From: Podarcis gaigeae
Taxonomy: Eukaryota
Length of the DNA: 64,000 bases
NCBI GenBank assembly: GCA_964106915.2
Contig: OZ066918.1
Strand: one strand, 5' to 3'
Of the stretch, positions 12,317 through 23,853 are shown piece by piece. The first letter of the stretch is position 1; each line of letters begins with the position of its first letter. The notes under the pieces were generated by a model. That model searched no databases. It worked only from the letters and a program-made list of their open reading frames with translations, and was not told the origin of the DNA. The translations under genes and the position numbers were made by a program.

Positions 12317-12552
12317 GATACCTCGGGTTACATATGCTTCAGGTTACATACTCTTCAGGTTACAGACTCCGCTAACCCAGAAATAGTGCTTCAGGTTAAG
12401 AACTTTGCTTCAGGATAAGAACAGAAATCGGGCTCCGGCAGTGTGGCGGCAGCAGGAGGCCCCATTAGCTAAAGTGGTGCTTCAGGTTAAGAACAGTTTC
12501 AGGTTAAGTACGGACCTCCGGAATGAAAAGTACTTAACCTGAGGTACCACGG
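12313..12552. mobile_element. Tc1/mariner (Tigger-like) MITE
   Basis: TIR CAGTG(G/A)TACCTCGGGTTA; internal GCTTCAGGTTA repeats; further copies at 36144 and 60229. Confidence 0.85.
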
Positions 12553-12571
12553 TATATTATCGCCATAGGAA

Positions 12572-12675
12572 CATGAGCATAGCCAAGGAGGGGGACAGCT
12601 GCCCCTCTTATAAAGCAATACAAATCTGAGCTTCTGTGTCCCCCACCCCTAACAAAAATCCTGGATACGCCCATG
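12572..12675. mobile_element. Small hAT-type MITE
   Basis: Imperfect TIRs CATGAGCATAGCCA / TGGATACGCCCATG; perfect 8-bp TSD CATAGGAA. Confidence 0.75.
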
Positions 12676-13194
12676 CATAGGAACCAACAGCCCTCCATGA
12701 AGTATTTTAGGGGGGCGGCCCTGCCAAAGTGGATGGGAATTGCCATTCAAATGGTGTATGCGTGCCACATCTTGATTACCTCCACCCCCCTGGTTTCCTG
12801 GTTGCACGCCTGTATATTATGCACAAGAGCAGACAAAGGGAAGCATGAGAAGTATGTTCCCTTTATGTGCTCTTAGAAATAGTTCTGTACACAGTTCTGC
12901 TTGCACCATTCCATGCTGTTGCAAGTTTGGGCAAAGGCCCAAAAGAAGATGGAAGCAGGGCTCGCCCAAGAATATTTTGGCACTTGAGGCAAACTACAAG
13001 ATGGTGTTCTGGTCTGATTCACACTATTCTGCCACAGAAAACTCACATTGTGTATTATACATCTATTCACAAGTGGGTGTTTTTTTGTGGGTGTTTTTTT
13101 AATGCTTAAAAAAGTGCTTTCTGTGTAGGAAATACAGTAATTGTTTGTCCACATTTGTCTCCAAAGAGCTTAAGGCTGTATACATAGTATCTCC

Positions 13195-13483
13195 CAGTGC
13201 CGGATTTATGTATAAGCTAAACAAGCTATACCTTAAGGCCCCACTCTCTTGGGAGCCCCCTAAAAAATTAAAGGAAAAAACCAACTGGATGTACATTTCC
13301 AAAATTTAAGATAAAAACAAATAAAATAAAACCTACATACAGCAACACCTTTTAGGTCCATAAATTACCATATATTCAACACAAAAAACCGACAATTTCT
13401 TGTTGACAAAAGACAGCTAAACATATAAAGGGCCCCATTACCTTCAGTATCTTAGGGCCTCGTCAAACCTAAATCCAGCCCTG
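13195..13483. mobile_element. MITE (CAGTGCCGGATTT...AAATCCAGCCCTG)
   Basis: Terminal inverted repeats; related inverted copy at ~31020-31312. Confidence 0.7.
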
Positions 13484-13948
13484 CTCCAGTCCCATTTTAT
13501 CCCATTGGTCTTGCTAGGTTGGAGGACTGGCCCAAGGCTGAGCAGGGCATATGGGTTCAGGTTTCTCCCCCGCCCCATATTCTTGTCTGTCACTCTAACC
13601 ACTATACCTCACTGCAACATTTACATATGTAACAAAGCATCAGATGAAGAAATCCCATCAAAGTGAAGACAGTTAAGAAGCAACACAGAGTTCTGAGCCA
13701 ATATGAAGGCCTCTTATCCCAGACACGCTTTTTGAACGCAGGTCAAAATAGTTGCCTTCCCTCTGTTCAGCTGAGTGACTGAGCAAATGTCCCAAACTGC
13801 GCTTCATTTTATGAGGCGAACAAATGACAGGAGGTTAGACTTCCTTGTCTGCATCATAAGCGCTCTGGCTGGAGTTTCCTGGTAAGCAAGAGAAAGGTGC
13901 ATTCTGCATATGCTCAGGAGCAGTGTCCAAAACTCCCATTGTTCTAGG

Positions 13949-14201
13949 CTGGGGTAGGCAACCTAAGGCCCGTGGACCGGATCCAACCCAATCGCTTTAT
14001 CAATCTGGCCCATGGACAGTCTGGGAATCAGCGTGTTTTTACATGAGTAGAATGTGCCCTTTTATTTAAAGTGCATCTCTGGGTTATTTGTGGGGCATAG
14101 GAATTCGTTCTCCCCCCCCCCCAAAAAAAATATAGTCCGGCCCCCCACAAGGTCTGAGGGACAGTGGACTGCCCCAAGCTGAAAAAGGTTGCTGACCCCT
14201 G
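13949..14201 (+). mobile_element. hAT MITE, family A
   Basis: Ends GGGTAGGCAA / TTGCTGACCCCTG; TSD (G)TTCTAGG; similar to copies at 16054 and 59879. Confidence 0.85.
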
Positions 14202-14385
14202 TTCTAGGTGCATTTTGAGACAGGGAATTCCTAATAATAATAATAATAATAATACTCTGCCCATCTGGCTGGGTTTCCCCAGCCACTCTGGGTGGCTTCC
14301 AACACCAAAATAAATTAACCTATTAAACATTAAAAGCTTTCCTAAACAGCGTGAGCTGCTTCTGAGCTCTGGGTACTGTCCGGCG

Positions 14386-14471
14386 CATAGCTGTCAAGCT
14401 TTCTTTTTAAGGGAAATTCGCTTATTCATATTAGGATTCCTCGTAAGAAAAGGGAAAAGTTGACAGCTATG
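14386..14471. mobile_element. 86-bp hAT-type MITE
   Basis: Perfect 12-bp TIR CATAGCTGTCAA / TTGACAGCTATG; degenerate 8-bp TSD GTCCGGCG / GTCCCACG. Confidence 0.7.
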
Positions 14472-14569
14472 GTCCCACGCCTAAGATTTCAGATTAATAC
14501 TAGACCATGTGAAAAATGAACGTAATATTTTAGCTGCAGTTTCTTCATTTTCAGCTTTGTATTCTTGTT

Positions 14570-14960
14570 ATAAAAAAGCGCGCCTGGATGGATGCAAACC
14601 CAACAGACTTCCACTCCATATTTCAGCTGCTGAGTCTCTCACTGCTGCGACCTCTTGCAAACTAACCTCCGCCCTCCCCTTGTCCCTCTCCGCCAGTCTC
14701 CGCCCTCGCCGGCTTTTCGCAAGAGCTTGGCGCAGCTCGCACGCGCACGTGGGAAATTCCCAGCATGCCAGCCGACTTTTCGGAATCGGCACCGTCGTCA
14801 TTCCGCGGCTTTCTGGTCGGTCTCGTATCCTTCCGCAGCCTCCAGGGTGAGCCGGAACTTCTTTCGGCACAGAGCCGAAGAAGCGGGCAAGGGGGGAACG
14901 TGCCGTGGTTGACAGGGAAATAATGTGGCACCAGGAGGACAGGCCGCTCGGTTCCCGTTC
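14570..14960. promoter_or_regulatory. Second CpG-rich island ~2.8 kb upstream of CCNL1
   Basis: High CpG density with no recognisable repeat; GC box, E-box CACGTG, kB-like GGGAAATTCCC, ETS CCGGAA. Confidence 0.6.
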
Positions 14961-16053
14961 TCAGGGCACTGCAGACAACTGTGTGCACCTTAGAGGCTTG
15001 AAGGACAGCGAGGTCCTTCTCTCCACCCCCCAAAGGGGGGGCAGCTGCTAAATCATTTAAAATCAATACAAACCAATGCGAATCTGAGGTGCTGAACCCC
15101 CTCCAACAAAAGCCTGCCCTCCCTAAAAAAATACTGGCTTTGCACTTGCAAATCACATTTTGAGGTTGCTGTGCACACAGGAGAGGAAGGGTTGAGGATG
15201 CTTTCGCTTGATAATAATAAAAATATAATAATATTATTTATATCCTGCCCTCTCCAGCTAATGCTGGGCTCAGAGCGGCTAACAACAGTAAAAATAACAG
15301 AGTTTAGATAAAATCACAATCAATTAATTGAAATACATTCTAAAATCAATCCAGAATCAAATTAATAGCAACCATTGGGCTAGAGTTCTATGAGGATTAC
15401 TGAAGTGTGTGATTTGTTTGCGCCCACAACCTTTCCTGAACTTCCAAGGAAATTCAACTTGCGCATGTATGCAGTGTTATAAGAAAAAACTGGTCCTGTA
15501 ACATGCACCCCCCCTAGTATTAGAGGCATACTAGCTATGGAGGCCTGGTGGCAGCCCCCAGCATACCTGAGCATTTGCTAGAGCCCAAGGCGCCCTGTGA
15601 GGCTTGCCTGCTTGCTGCCCAGCCACAGAGCTGACTTCCTGCTCCTCCTTCCACCGCTTGCTGGCACACTTTATCAACACTGCTGGCAATCTAGTGGGGC
15701 AGAAGCCAAGTGGCCACCTGTCTCCCAGCCAGAGGTAACAATGCTGTTGCTGAATAACGCTGTGAACAAGCAGCGGGTCGGGTCACTGCTAGCTGCCCGA
15801 CTCCTCACACTCTCAAACGAGAGGGGAGATTGGCAGCTGCTAGAGCTCCATCAATGGGTCCCAAGTGGGTAGCTTGCTCAGCCCCCTCCCCCCAAATGTG
15901 GAGCCACATTTAGGATCCTATACATAGGATCCTATACATAGCGTAGATTTATTACGACTCACAGCTGTTCTTAGTCGTCTTCACTATAAATTTGCCTAAC
16001 CTTCTAAAGTCGTTGGTGGCAATCGCCACAACTTGAGGCAGCAGGTCCTAGAG

Positions 16054-16368
16054 CAGGGGTCAGCAAACTTTTTCAGCAGGGGGCCGGTCCACTGTCCCTC
16101 AGACCTTGTGGGGGGCCGGACTATATTTTGAAGAAAAAAAATTGAACAAATTCCACAAATAACCCAGAGATGCATTTTAAATAAAAGCACACATTCTACT
16201 CATGTAAAAACACCAGGCAGGCCCCACAAATAACCCAGAGGTGCATTTTAAATACAAGGACACATTCTACTCATGTAAAAACATGCTGATTCCCGGACCG
16301 TCTGAGGGCTGGATTTAGAAGGCGATTGGGCCGGATCTGGCCCTCAGGCCTTAGTTTGTCTACCCATG
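16054..16368 (-). mobile_element. hAT MITE, family A
   Basis: CAGGGGTCAGCAAAC...TACCCATG; perfect 8-bp TSD TCCTAGAG; internal ~64-bp tandem duplication. Confidence 0.9.
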
Positions 16369-17373
16369 TCCTAGAGTTTAAACACGCTGTGTTTGAAGAA
16401 ACAACTTCCTGTTGCCTGTCACAAATTTCCCACTATTTGTCCTAGAACCCAGATTCTGGGATTATGAGAAGAGAAAAGCCTTTTATTTACACTTTCCACA
16501 TTATGCTTGACTTTATACGTCTCTGTCTTGCCCTCACTTATTTGATTTGTTGTCTAAACTAACACATCCCAGATATTGTAAACTTTCCCTGCTCCTGCCT
16601 CCTGGTCATTTTGGTCGTCATTTTCTGCACATTTTCCTGTATTGCAACAGGATGTTTCAGATGCAGGGACTGCGGGATAGAAAGCTGTCAGTCAAGTACA
16701 ACATTCCGAGAGGACTAACTGCCTCTGTGGCAGGCAGTTTAGTTAGTTGGTTGGTTGCTGCAAGGAGTGTTAACTGGTAACTGCTCGGATGCAGTCTTCT
16801 CATGACTCACTACTATCTAGTATATAGTTTATCTGTTATGTAACCTAAGCCTGCCTCTGTAAACCTGACTCTGTAAACAACTCTGTAAACCTGTAAACCC
16901 GAATGAATCTGATAGTAGTTTATGTTAATATCATTCAGATTCATGTGTGTTTTCTTTAAGAGGGACAGAAAGGGATTATCAGCCAGGAAGGTATAATTAT
17001 TGATAGGACTCAAACAAGTTAGCAACCCGCTTGTCGCTGCATAAACTCAAACGGAGGATTGTTTAAACTCCGCTAATTTATATAAACCTTCGCACAGTGA
17101 CCAGAACTACGGACGTCATTCCACATATGGCCATGCCATAGATCTGCATAAAAGCATCATGAATTGGGCAGTTTCATTTTCCATTTCCTAATGATCCCTA
17201 GCACTGAATGTTCCCTTTTCGCAGCTGGTGTCCTCTGAGTCAACATCTTCATGGTTGTTCTCATCACATGTGTTTTCTCTTATGACCTTTGGTTGGCTAT
17301 TATACCCTATTGCCTAGTTCATAGTAGCCAGCCTTTTTGGTCAATATCTCCTTATACCTATCACACATACAAC

Positions 17374-17521
17374 CAGTGCTTTTTTACCCTAAAAAAAAGT
17401 TTAGAGGTACTCTCATTTCCCTACTCATATTGAAAAACCACCCCTCAGTGAGGCTGAACTTAGATTCACAAAACGTTTAGGGGCATGCGTCCTCCTGCGT
17501 CCCTCCAGAAAAAAAGCACTG
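17374..17521. mobile_element. hAT-type MITE
   Basis: TIR CAGTGCTTTTTT / AAAAAAGCACTG; TSD CATACAAC / CACACAAC. Confidence 0.8.
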
Positions 17522-18104
17522 CACACAACTACTACCTGCAAGGCAAATTGCTGGACATTTAACTCTGCAGCACACCAGGTCATGGCCATATCTCTGGCAG
17601 CTAACTACCTTCATAACTGCTTTTTAAAAAAACCCCTGTATTTTTCCATGTACTGTATAAGACTAGGTTTTCCCTCCTAAAAAATAATGTAAAAAATTAG
17701 GGGGTGTCTTATACACAGATAGTGCTGAGGGTAGACTGTGTATTTTTGAGATGGAAAAATACGGTAAATTAGGGCTGTTCACTTGGAAATTTGCAACCTG
17801 TGAGATAAAAAAAGGGAATGTTGATTCCTCTGGCCTTATCCTTTTGCTAAAGTCACACACGTGGCTAACTCACCTGCCTTTTTAACTTTGACCCTTTGTC
17901 ATTGGGACTGAGATGCTTTGTCAGCTGTGGCTAGCCACACTCCTGGCTGGCTTCCCCTAGTTGTTGTAGCAGCCATTTAAAGTAGCAGGAGCTTACTTCA
18001 AAATAAGTGTGTGAATCAAGTGCTCTAGACTCGAGTGAGTGGAAATTTAAAGGGGGAAGGTGTTGTTAAATCAAGTCACACTCCCCTCCCCTTCCTGGAA
18101 ATGG

Positions 18105-18310
18105 TGATTTATTTATTTTAAAAAATGCCTTTATAGCCCAATTTTCCTCTGAGGAGCTCAAGATGGCATACGTGGTTCTCCCCTCCTCCATCCCCACAAC
18201 AACCCTGTGAGGTGGGTTAGGTCAAGAGGCAGTGACTGGTCCAAGGTGAGCTTCGTGGCTGGGTATGGATTTGAACCGTGGTCTCCCAGGTCCTAGTCAG
18301 ACACTCTAAT
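18105..18310 (-). mobile_element. Old tRNA-derived MIR/CORE-like SINE
   Basis: CACAACAACCCTGTGAGG...CCAAGGT...TTTGAACC pattern with (TTTA)n tail; similar to 45705-45950. Confidence 0.65.
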
Positions 18311-21300
18311 GGACGACTGAGTGAGGATTAAGGAGGGGGTGTGAACATTCCTCTGGGAATTCAAATGTTCAGCTCATTATACTCCCTGCCTATGTGCACT
18401 TTTCCAAACTGACACAGTCAAGTTTTAAGACTGGGCTACAATCTGAGCTTTCACTTTGCACAAAGGTCTGCACCTCCTCTTTAGCTTGTAAGCTGTACTT
18501 TGGTCCTAAACAGAGCTTGAACGGAAAACTAAGCTTGCATTTTGCTTTTAGGTAGAATCTGCAGGTCAGTAGAATTTCGTTTTAGTTGTGCTCCTTTTCT
18601 AACGCCAATAATCTTGTGCCATCTAGTGGAATTATTTGGTTTCACATAACCTTCCTTACCAATGCAGTTGACAAATGAATTCTACACAGTTCGCAGGGAC
18701 AATTTCTTGTGGAGATGAAGAGTGCCTGAGAAAGCAACTATTTTGTAATGTGTGCATGGTGATGTAGAGTGCTGTGTGTATCGCTCAGACTGACGGATTG
18801 GCCTTCATTTCAGGCATGGCGCAGGGCAATGTCGCTCCATCTGACAAGTCCGAACATTCATTCAAAGCCATATTCTTTTATTGCAATGGCTGCCTTTTGC
18901 CATTCATACTTGGAATTTGCGTTTAGCAATCCTATTGTTAAGGGCTGTGCTAAATGAACTCCTGGGGTCCCTTTCTGCGTTTGTAAGAAGGCAGCTGCTC
19001 TTATGGGTCAAATGTATTGAGCCAGTTTAGTTTGGCAGAGATCCCTTTTTCTTAGGTAGATGGGCTTTATTGGTGGCTCTCAATAGCTGGTTTTAACAAC
19101 AGCTTCTGGAATGGAGGATGCCTCTCAGCTGGCTAATGCCAGCTCTTATGGCCATCGAGATTAGCCTGGCCGTCTCAGAGGAAATCTGGGGAGGCTGAGG
19201 TGGACTTTCAAGTGAAGTGTACTTGTGTCTTCCTGCCCAGCATCTATTTCCTGTCCTCTTTCCCCACTGCACCCCTGCACCCTGCTTCAAAGCAAGCCAC
19301 GGAGGAGGGAAGGAAGGGGAGCCATGGATTCTCCGCTCGCAACTGCAACGGATTCCCTCCGCTGTGGTTGCTTTGAAGCAGGAAAGTGGGAGAGGAGCTG
19401 CTTACACGAAACATTGAGGGGAAAGGGCAGGCTGCTGCAGAGCAGCACCCCCCACCCCCATTCAGCAGCCCATGGGCGCAAAGCCTGCCCGCTGCTCCAA
19501 ACCTTCCCGGGGCTGCAGGGGGAAGCGGAGGCTGCCGGCAGAGCAGCGCAGCTCCCCCCCCCCCACCAAAGAGCAGCTCAGGAGCCTGCCGCACTCCGGC
19601 AATTTGGCTCCAGGGATCACACATTCGCTCCATAAGACGCACAGACATTTCCCCCTTACTTTTTAAGAGGAAAAAACTGTGTCTTATGGAGGGAAAAATA
19701 TGGTAAGTGTTAGAAAGGAAAGGACAGACTCTGTTTCTTTGAGACAGACACAGGAGAGAGTTAGAGGGCTGAGTTTAGATTCCGAAAAACCTAACAGTAT
19801 CTAGGGCTGCCAGTTGCCTCCCTTAAAGACTGGATGTGAATGCTGCGAACTTGGGGTGTCTGCTGGTTTAATGTTGTTCCTCCATCTTTGTTCAACCTGT
19901 ATAAATGTAAATAAACACAAATACTGTATGTTCAAAGGCTTCTGGTGACCTCATTCCAAAGGAGGTCGGGTCTCACTGTTTGGAGAATCAAGGTGAGCAC
20001 AGCAGTTATGTATGAGACTTTTGAACTCTCTTGGTTCAGTGATAAACTAAAAGTTTAGGAACTGGTAGTTGAGAAACAATAGTGATCAGGCTTATTAACC
20101 CTGCTGTGCCTCAGCTCTACCGGCTGGGGGTGTGAGAGGGATACACGCCCAATGCCTAAGCCAAGGTTTCCTACATCTGATATTGATAATGAAAGTTGTG
20201 GCCATTTTAGATCCCAGTTCACGTTGTTGTGTGTGAGTCACTGGTCTCGTTCAGTCACCAAGAAGGGAGGGGGTCTCCGCCTGGGCTCAAACAATAGTGA
20301 TCAGGCTTAAGTCCAGCATTCCTCTCTGTGGACTTTTCCACTCTTGATGACCCTGAAATTTTCCTATCTGCTGTGTGCAGTAGTAGGACTCAGTCTGATT
20401 GTGCAGCGCAGATTGTGAAATTCAGGATGTTCTGAGAATCAGGGCATCTTCACTTTGATTTAAAAGCAACACACACATGCTTTGAGTCAGTTCTTTTGGT
20501 GACTGTTTCTCTCTCACACACGAAGGTGGAATCTACACACATATTAAAAAAAAACATTCTGAAAATGCTTTTTTAAAAAGCATTTTTAAAAACACGTTGA
20601 ATTTTCCATCAGGCTCACCATCGCCATCTAGTTTCACATTGTATATTGCAGTTAAAACACCCTTAAAATGTTTTATAGCTGAGTCCTAGGTACCCTTTGC
20701 GGGACTTAAAGTCGAGCACACACAGGATTGGGCTATGTGAGATGCATTGTATCTTGTTGAACAGGACAGGTGTGATGACAGATAACCCAGGTTCCCCATT
20801 CTTTCTCATCCAGCATTGTTCCTCCCTTCCAGCATTTCACCAAAACAGTGTTTAGACACAGTTAAGAAATTCTTCATGTATTCTCTGTTCTAGTTTTTCC
20901 TCTGGTAATACTACCAGTTTGATAGCAGGCAGACACCTTCATCTGCACCAGATAAGACAAGACATTTTTCTCTTCCATATCAGCCTCTACAGCCCCAACT
21001 AATGCTGCAATCTTTCAACAGTTTGACTTCACCCTCAAAGGCACCCTCCTCCATTGTCTCGCCAGATGCCAGGTGGGTGCCAACAATCAACAAATAAAAC
21101 CTTCAACAGCTTGGGACCAGTTCATCTTAGCCCATATGTGCCCACTTGACCGCTTCAATCTGTGGAACTTATTCAAGTGCTACATAATGTTTGTTCTGCA
21201 ATTGCCAGAAATTGACCCTTCAGTGTGGCAGCACCTATTCCCTTGAATTTCCCGCAGGAACCTTTGCTGTAAAGTTTTCAACACCTCCCCAAAACTTTTT

Positions 21301-22122
21301 TGTTTAGACAACTTTATCCAGATATGTAATTTTATTATGTACATTTGTTTTAGAACTGATGGCTTTAGCTATATTTTGATAAATTTTATGTGTATTTGCT
21401 TTTTAAAAGTATGTAAACTCCTTAGAGGTTTTTATTAAGTGGTGTGGGTGTATATCTGGATACATAAAAAGAAAGCATCAATATAAGTGTGTCACCTCTG
21501 ATGTCTTAGGAAAATCTACTCTTTAGTTTCTAATGGTTAAATATAGCCATCATGTTGGTGAAAATTAAGCATGTCTCCTAAATGAAGCACATTCCCTTTG
21601 CCATGTTCCGTTCGATCCAGCAGGAGGCAGCATTCCACTATAAGAATTATCCAAAAAGTGCTGAACAGGTAACCAGAAAGATGAACTAAATACTTGCTCA
21701 TTTAGAACACTTCTGGATAATGGTACTCCACAATTTATAGTTCAGCTATTCACACACCAATTGAACCACCTGGTCCTACAAGCACATTAAGGTGCAGCAT
21801 GTGGGGACCTTAAAACAAAACCATAATCAAAACACACCGGGTTCAATTGCCAAAGCCTTTCCCCCCAGATGCCTGCCTGCTCTTCCCCCTTTTAATTTTC
21901 TTTCTTTTTCTGTCAAGCACGTAAAGCTGAATATGCACAAGTTAAATGTGCAGAAGTTGTGGGCTTACTCTATTTAAAGAAGAACTTTCTTTTATCCATC
22001 CTGAATCGGAAGGAATCTGTCCTGAAGGAAGAGCGCCCCTCTCTGAAAGCCCTTTGACGTGTCCTGAAGCACTGGCAGCAACGGGTGGCTTGAAGCAGTT
22101 GATTAATGCTTACACAACAAAA

Positions 22123-22830
22123 AAACCCTGGCCATCAGTATATATAAATCTTTGTTATTAGCAAACCAATTAGATATACAGGTACCGAGGGAGGATTGGA
22201 ATAAAGACTTAGAGATCTCGATTTTGACCACACAGTGGGAAACTGTTTTAACTCCTATAACAAGGGTGTCTCTGGATCTTAAATCGAGACTCGTACAATA
22301 AAAAATAATATTTAGAACAGGGGTCGGCAAGGTTTACCGGCCATGGGCTGGATCACTCCCACGGAGATCGTCCGTGGGCTGGACTGGCGCAGCACGACGT
22401 CGGGAATTGCGTCTGCGCATGTTGGCGGCGCCAGAAATTGCTTCTGCGCATGCCCAGACACCAAAAATTGTGCTTGCGCAGAAGCAATTTTCGGCGTCTG
22501 GATATGCACAGATGCGATTTCCAGTGCCACTCGGCGAGTCCCCGCTTTAGCGCAGCATGCGCGGGACTTGCCAAGCGGGTGGCTGAGTTCAGAGGTGGCT
22601 CGTGGGCTGGTAAAATGGTCTTTGTGGGCCGCATCCAGCCCATGGGCCACAAGTTGCTGACCCCTGATTTAGAATATACTGGACCCCCTTACGTTTGTTT
22701 AGAAAAGGGTTATCTAAGATATTTAACTGTTGGAGATGCAATAGGGATAATGTTTCTCTAAAACGTATGTTTTTTCACTGTTCTATATTGAAAGATTTTT
22801 GGCAGAAGGTGTCTGGTGAAGTACAATAAC
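22123..22830 (+). mobile_element. L1/Tx1 LINE ORF2 C-terminal remnant interrupted by a MITE
   Basis: After removing MITE+TSD reads WNKDLEI...LVQ*KIIFRIYWTPLRL...NCWRC...RMFFHCSILKDFWQKV (zinc-knuckle region of L1-clade ORF2). Confidence 0.8.
22318..22666. mobile_element. hAT MITE
   Basis: CAGGGGTCGGCAA / TTGCTGACCCCTG; perfect 8-bp TSD ATTTAGAA; CpG-rich, so probably young. Confidence 0.9.
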
Positions 22831-23280
22831 AACCTTGTAAAATATAAAAAAATATATAAAAAAGATTAACAGGGCATTGGCGCTTGGGCCTCCTTCGGCC
22901 TGCTCCTTCCACCTGCCACCACCAACCATACATGAGGGGAAGGATGGGTGCCTTAAGAGCTGGTTGGGTGGGCATTCATTTATTTTTTATTTTGCTCAAG
23001 GGTAAGGAAACATGTTCAACTTGAGGACCACATCCCTTTCTGGGCAGCCATCTTGGGGGTGGGGTATGCATACTAGTGGAGGGTAGTGCCAGACGTAAAA
23101 GGTACGTTTCAACTTTGTACAGTAAGGCAGTTTCCTCACATTCACACACCCCTCTCCATCTAGGCCAGCAAGAAGCATTATAAGAGTGCAAGGGTGCCTT
23201 TCGCCCGGGCAAGGAAACTTGAGGAGGGTGCAGAGCAGGTCTGGGGAGGGCATGTGTCTTGAAGTGAGTGGGGTATGATC

Positions 23281-23768
23281 TAGTTATCTCCCGCCTGGAC
23301 TACGGCAGTACGCTCTACATGGGGCTACCTTTGAAGGTGACCCGGAAACTACAACTAATCCAGAATGCGGCAGCTAGATTAGTGACTGGAAGCGGCCGCT
23401 GAGACCACAAAACACCAGTCCCGAAAGACCTACATTGGCTCCCAAGTATGCTTCTGAGCACAATTCAAAGTGTTGGTGCTGACCTTCAAAGCCCTAAATG
23501 GTCTTGGCCCAGTATAGCTGAAAGAGCGTCTCTACCTCCATTGTTCTGCCTGGACACTGAAGTCCACCTCCGAGGGCCTTCTGGTGGTTCCCTCGCTGTG
23601 AGAAGCCAAGTTACAGGGAACTAGACAGAGGGCCTTCTCGGTAGTGGCTCCCGCCCCATGGAACGCCCTCCCATCAGATGTCAAGGAAATAAACAACTAT
23701 CTGACTTGTAGAAGACATCTGAAGGCAGCCCTCTTTAGGGAAGCTTTTAATGTTTGATATTTTATTGC

Positions 23769-23806
<38 letters not shown>

Positions 23807-23853
23807 GCTGCGATCCACCCAGATGGGTGGGGTATAAATAATAAATTATTATT
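23281..23853 (+). mobile_element. L2 LINE 3' end
   Basis: VISRLDYGSTLYMGLPLKVTRKLQLIQNAAARLVTG...LHWLP; (ATT)n and AAATAATAAATTATT tail. Confidence 0.9.

Noticed and set aside
12313-12552. Regularly spaced GCTTCAGGTTA repeats as a CRISPR-like array
   Set aside because: Eukaryotic DNA; repeats are short internal motifs of a three-copy MITE.
16834-17100. Possible LTR with four CTGTAAAC repeats
   Set aside because: Could not find a matching terminus or TSD.
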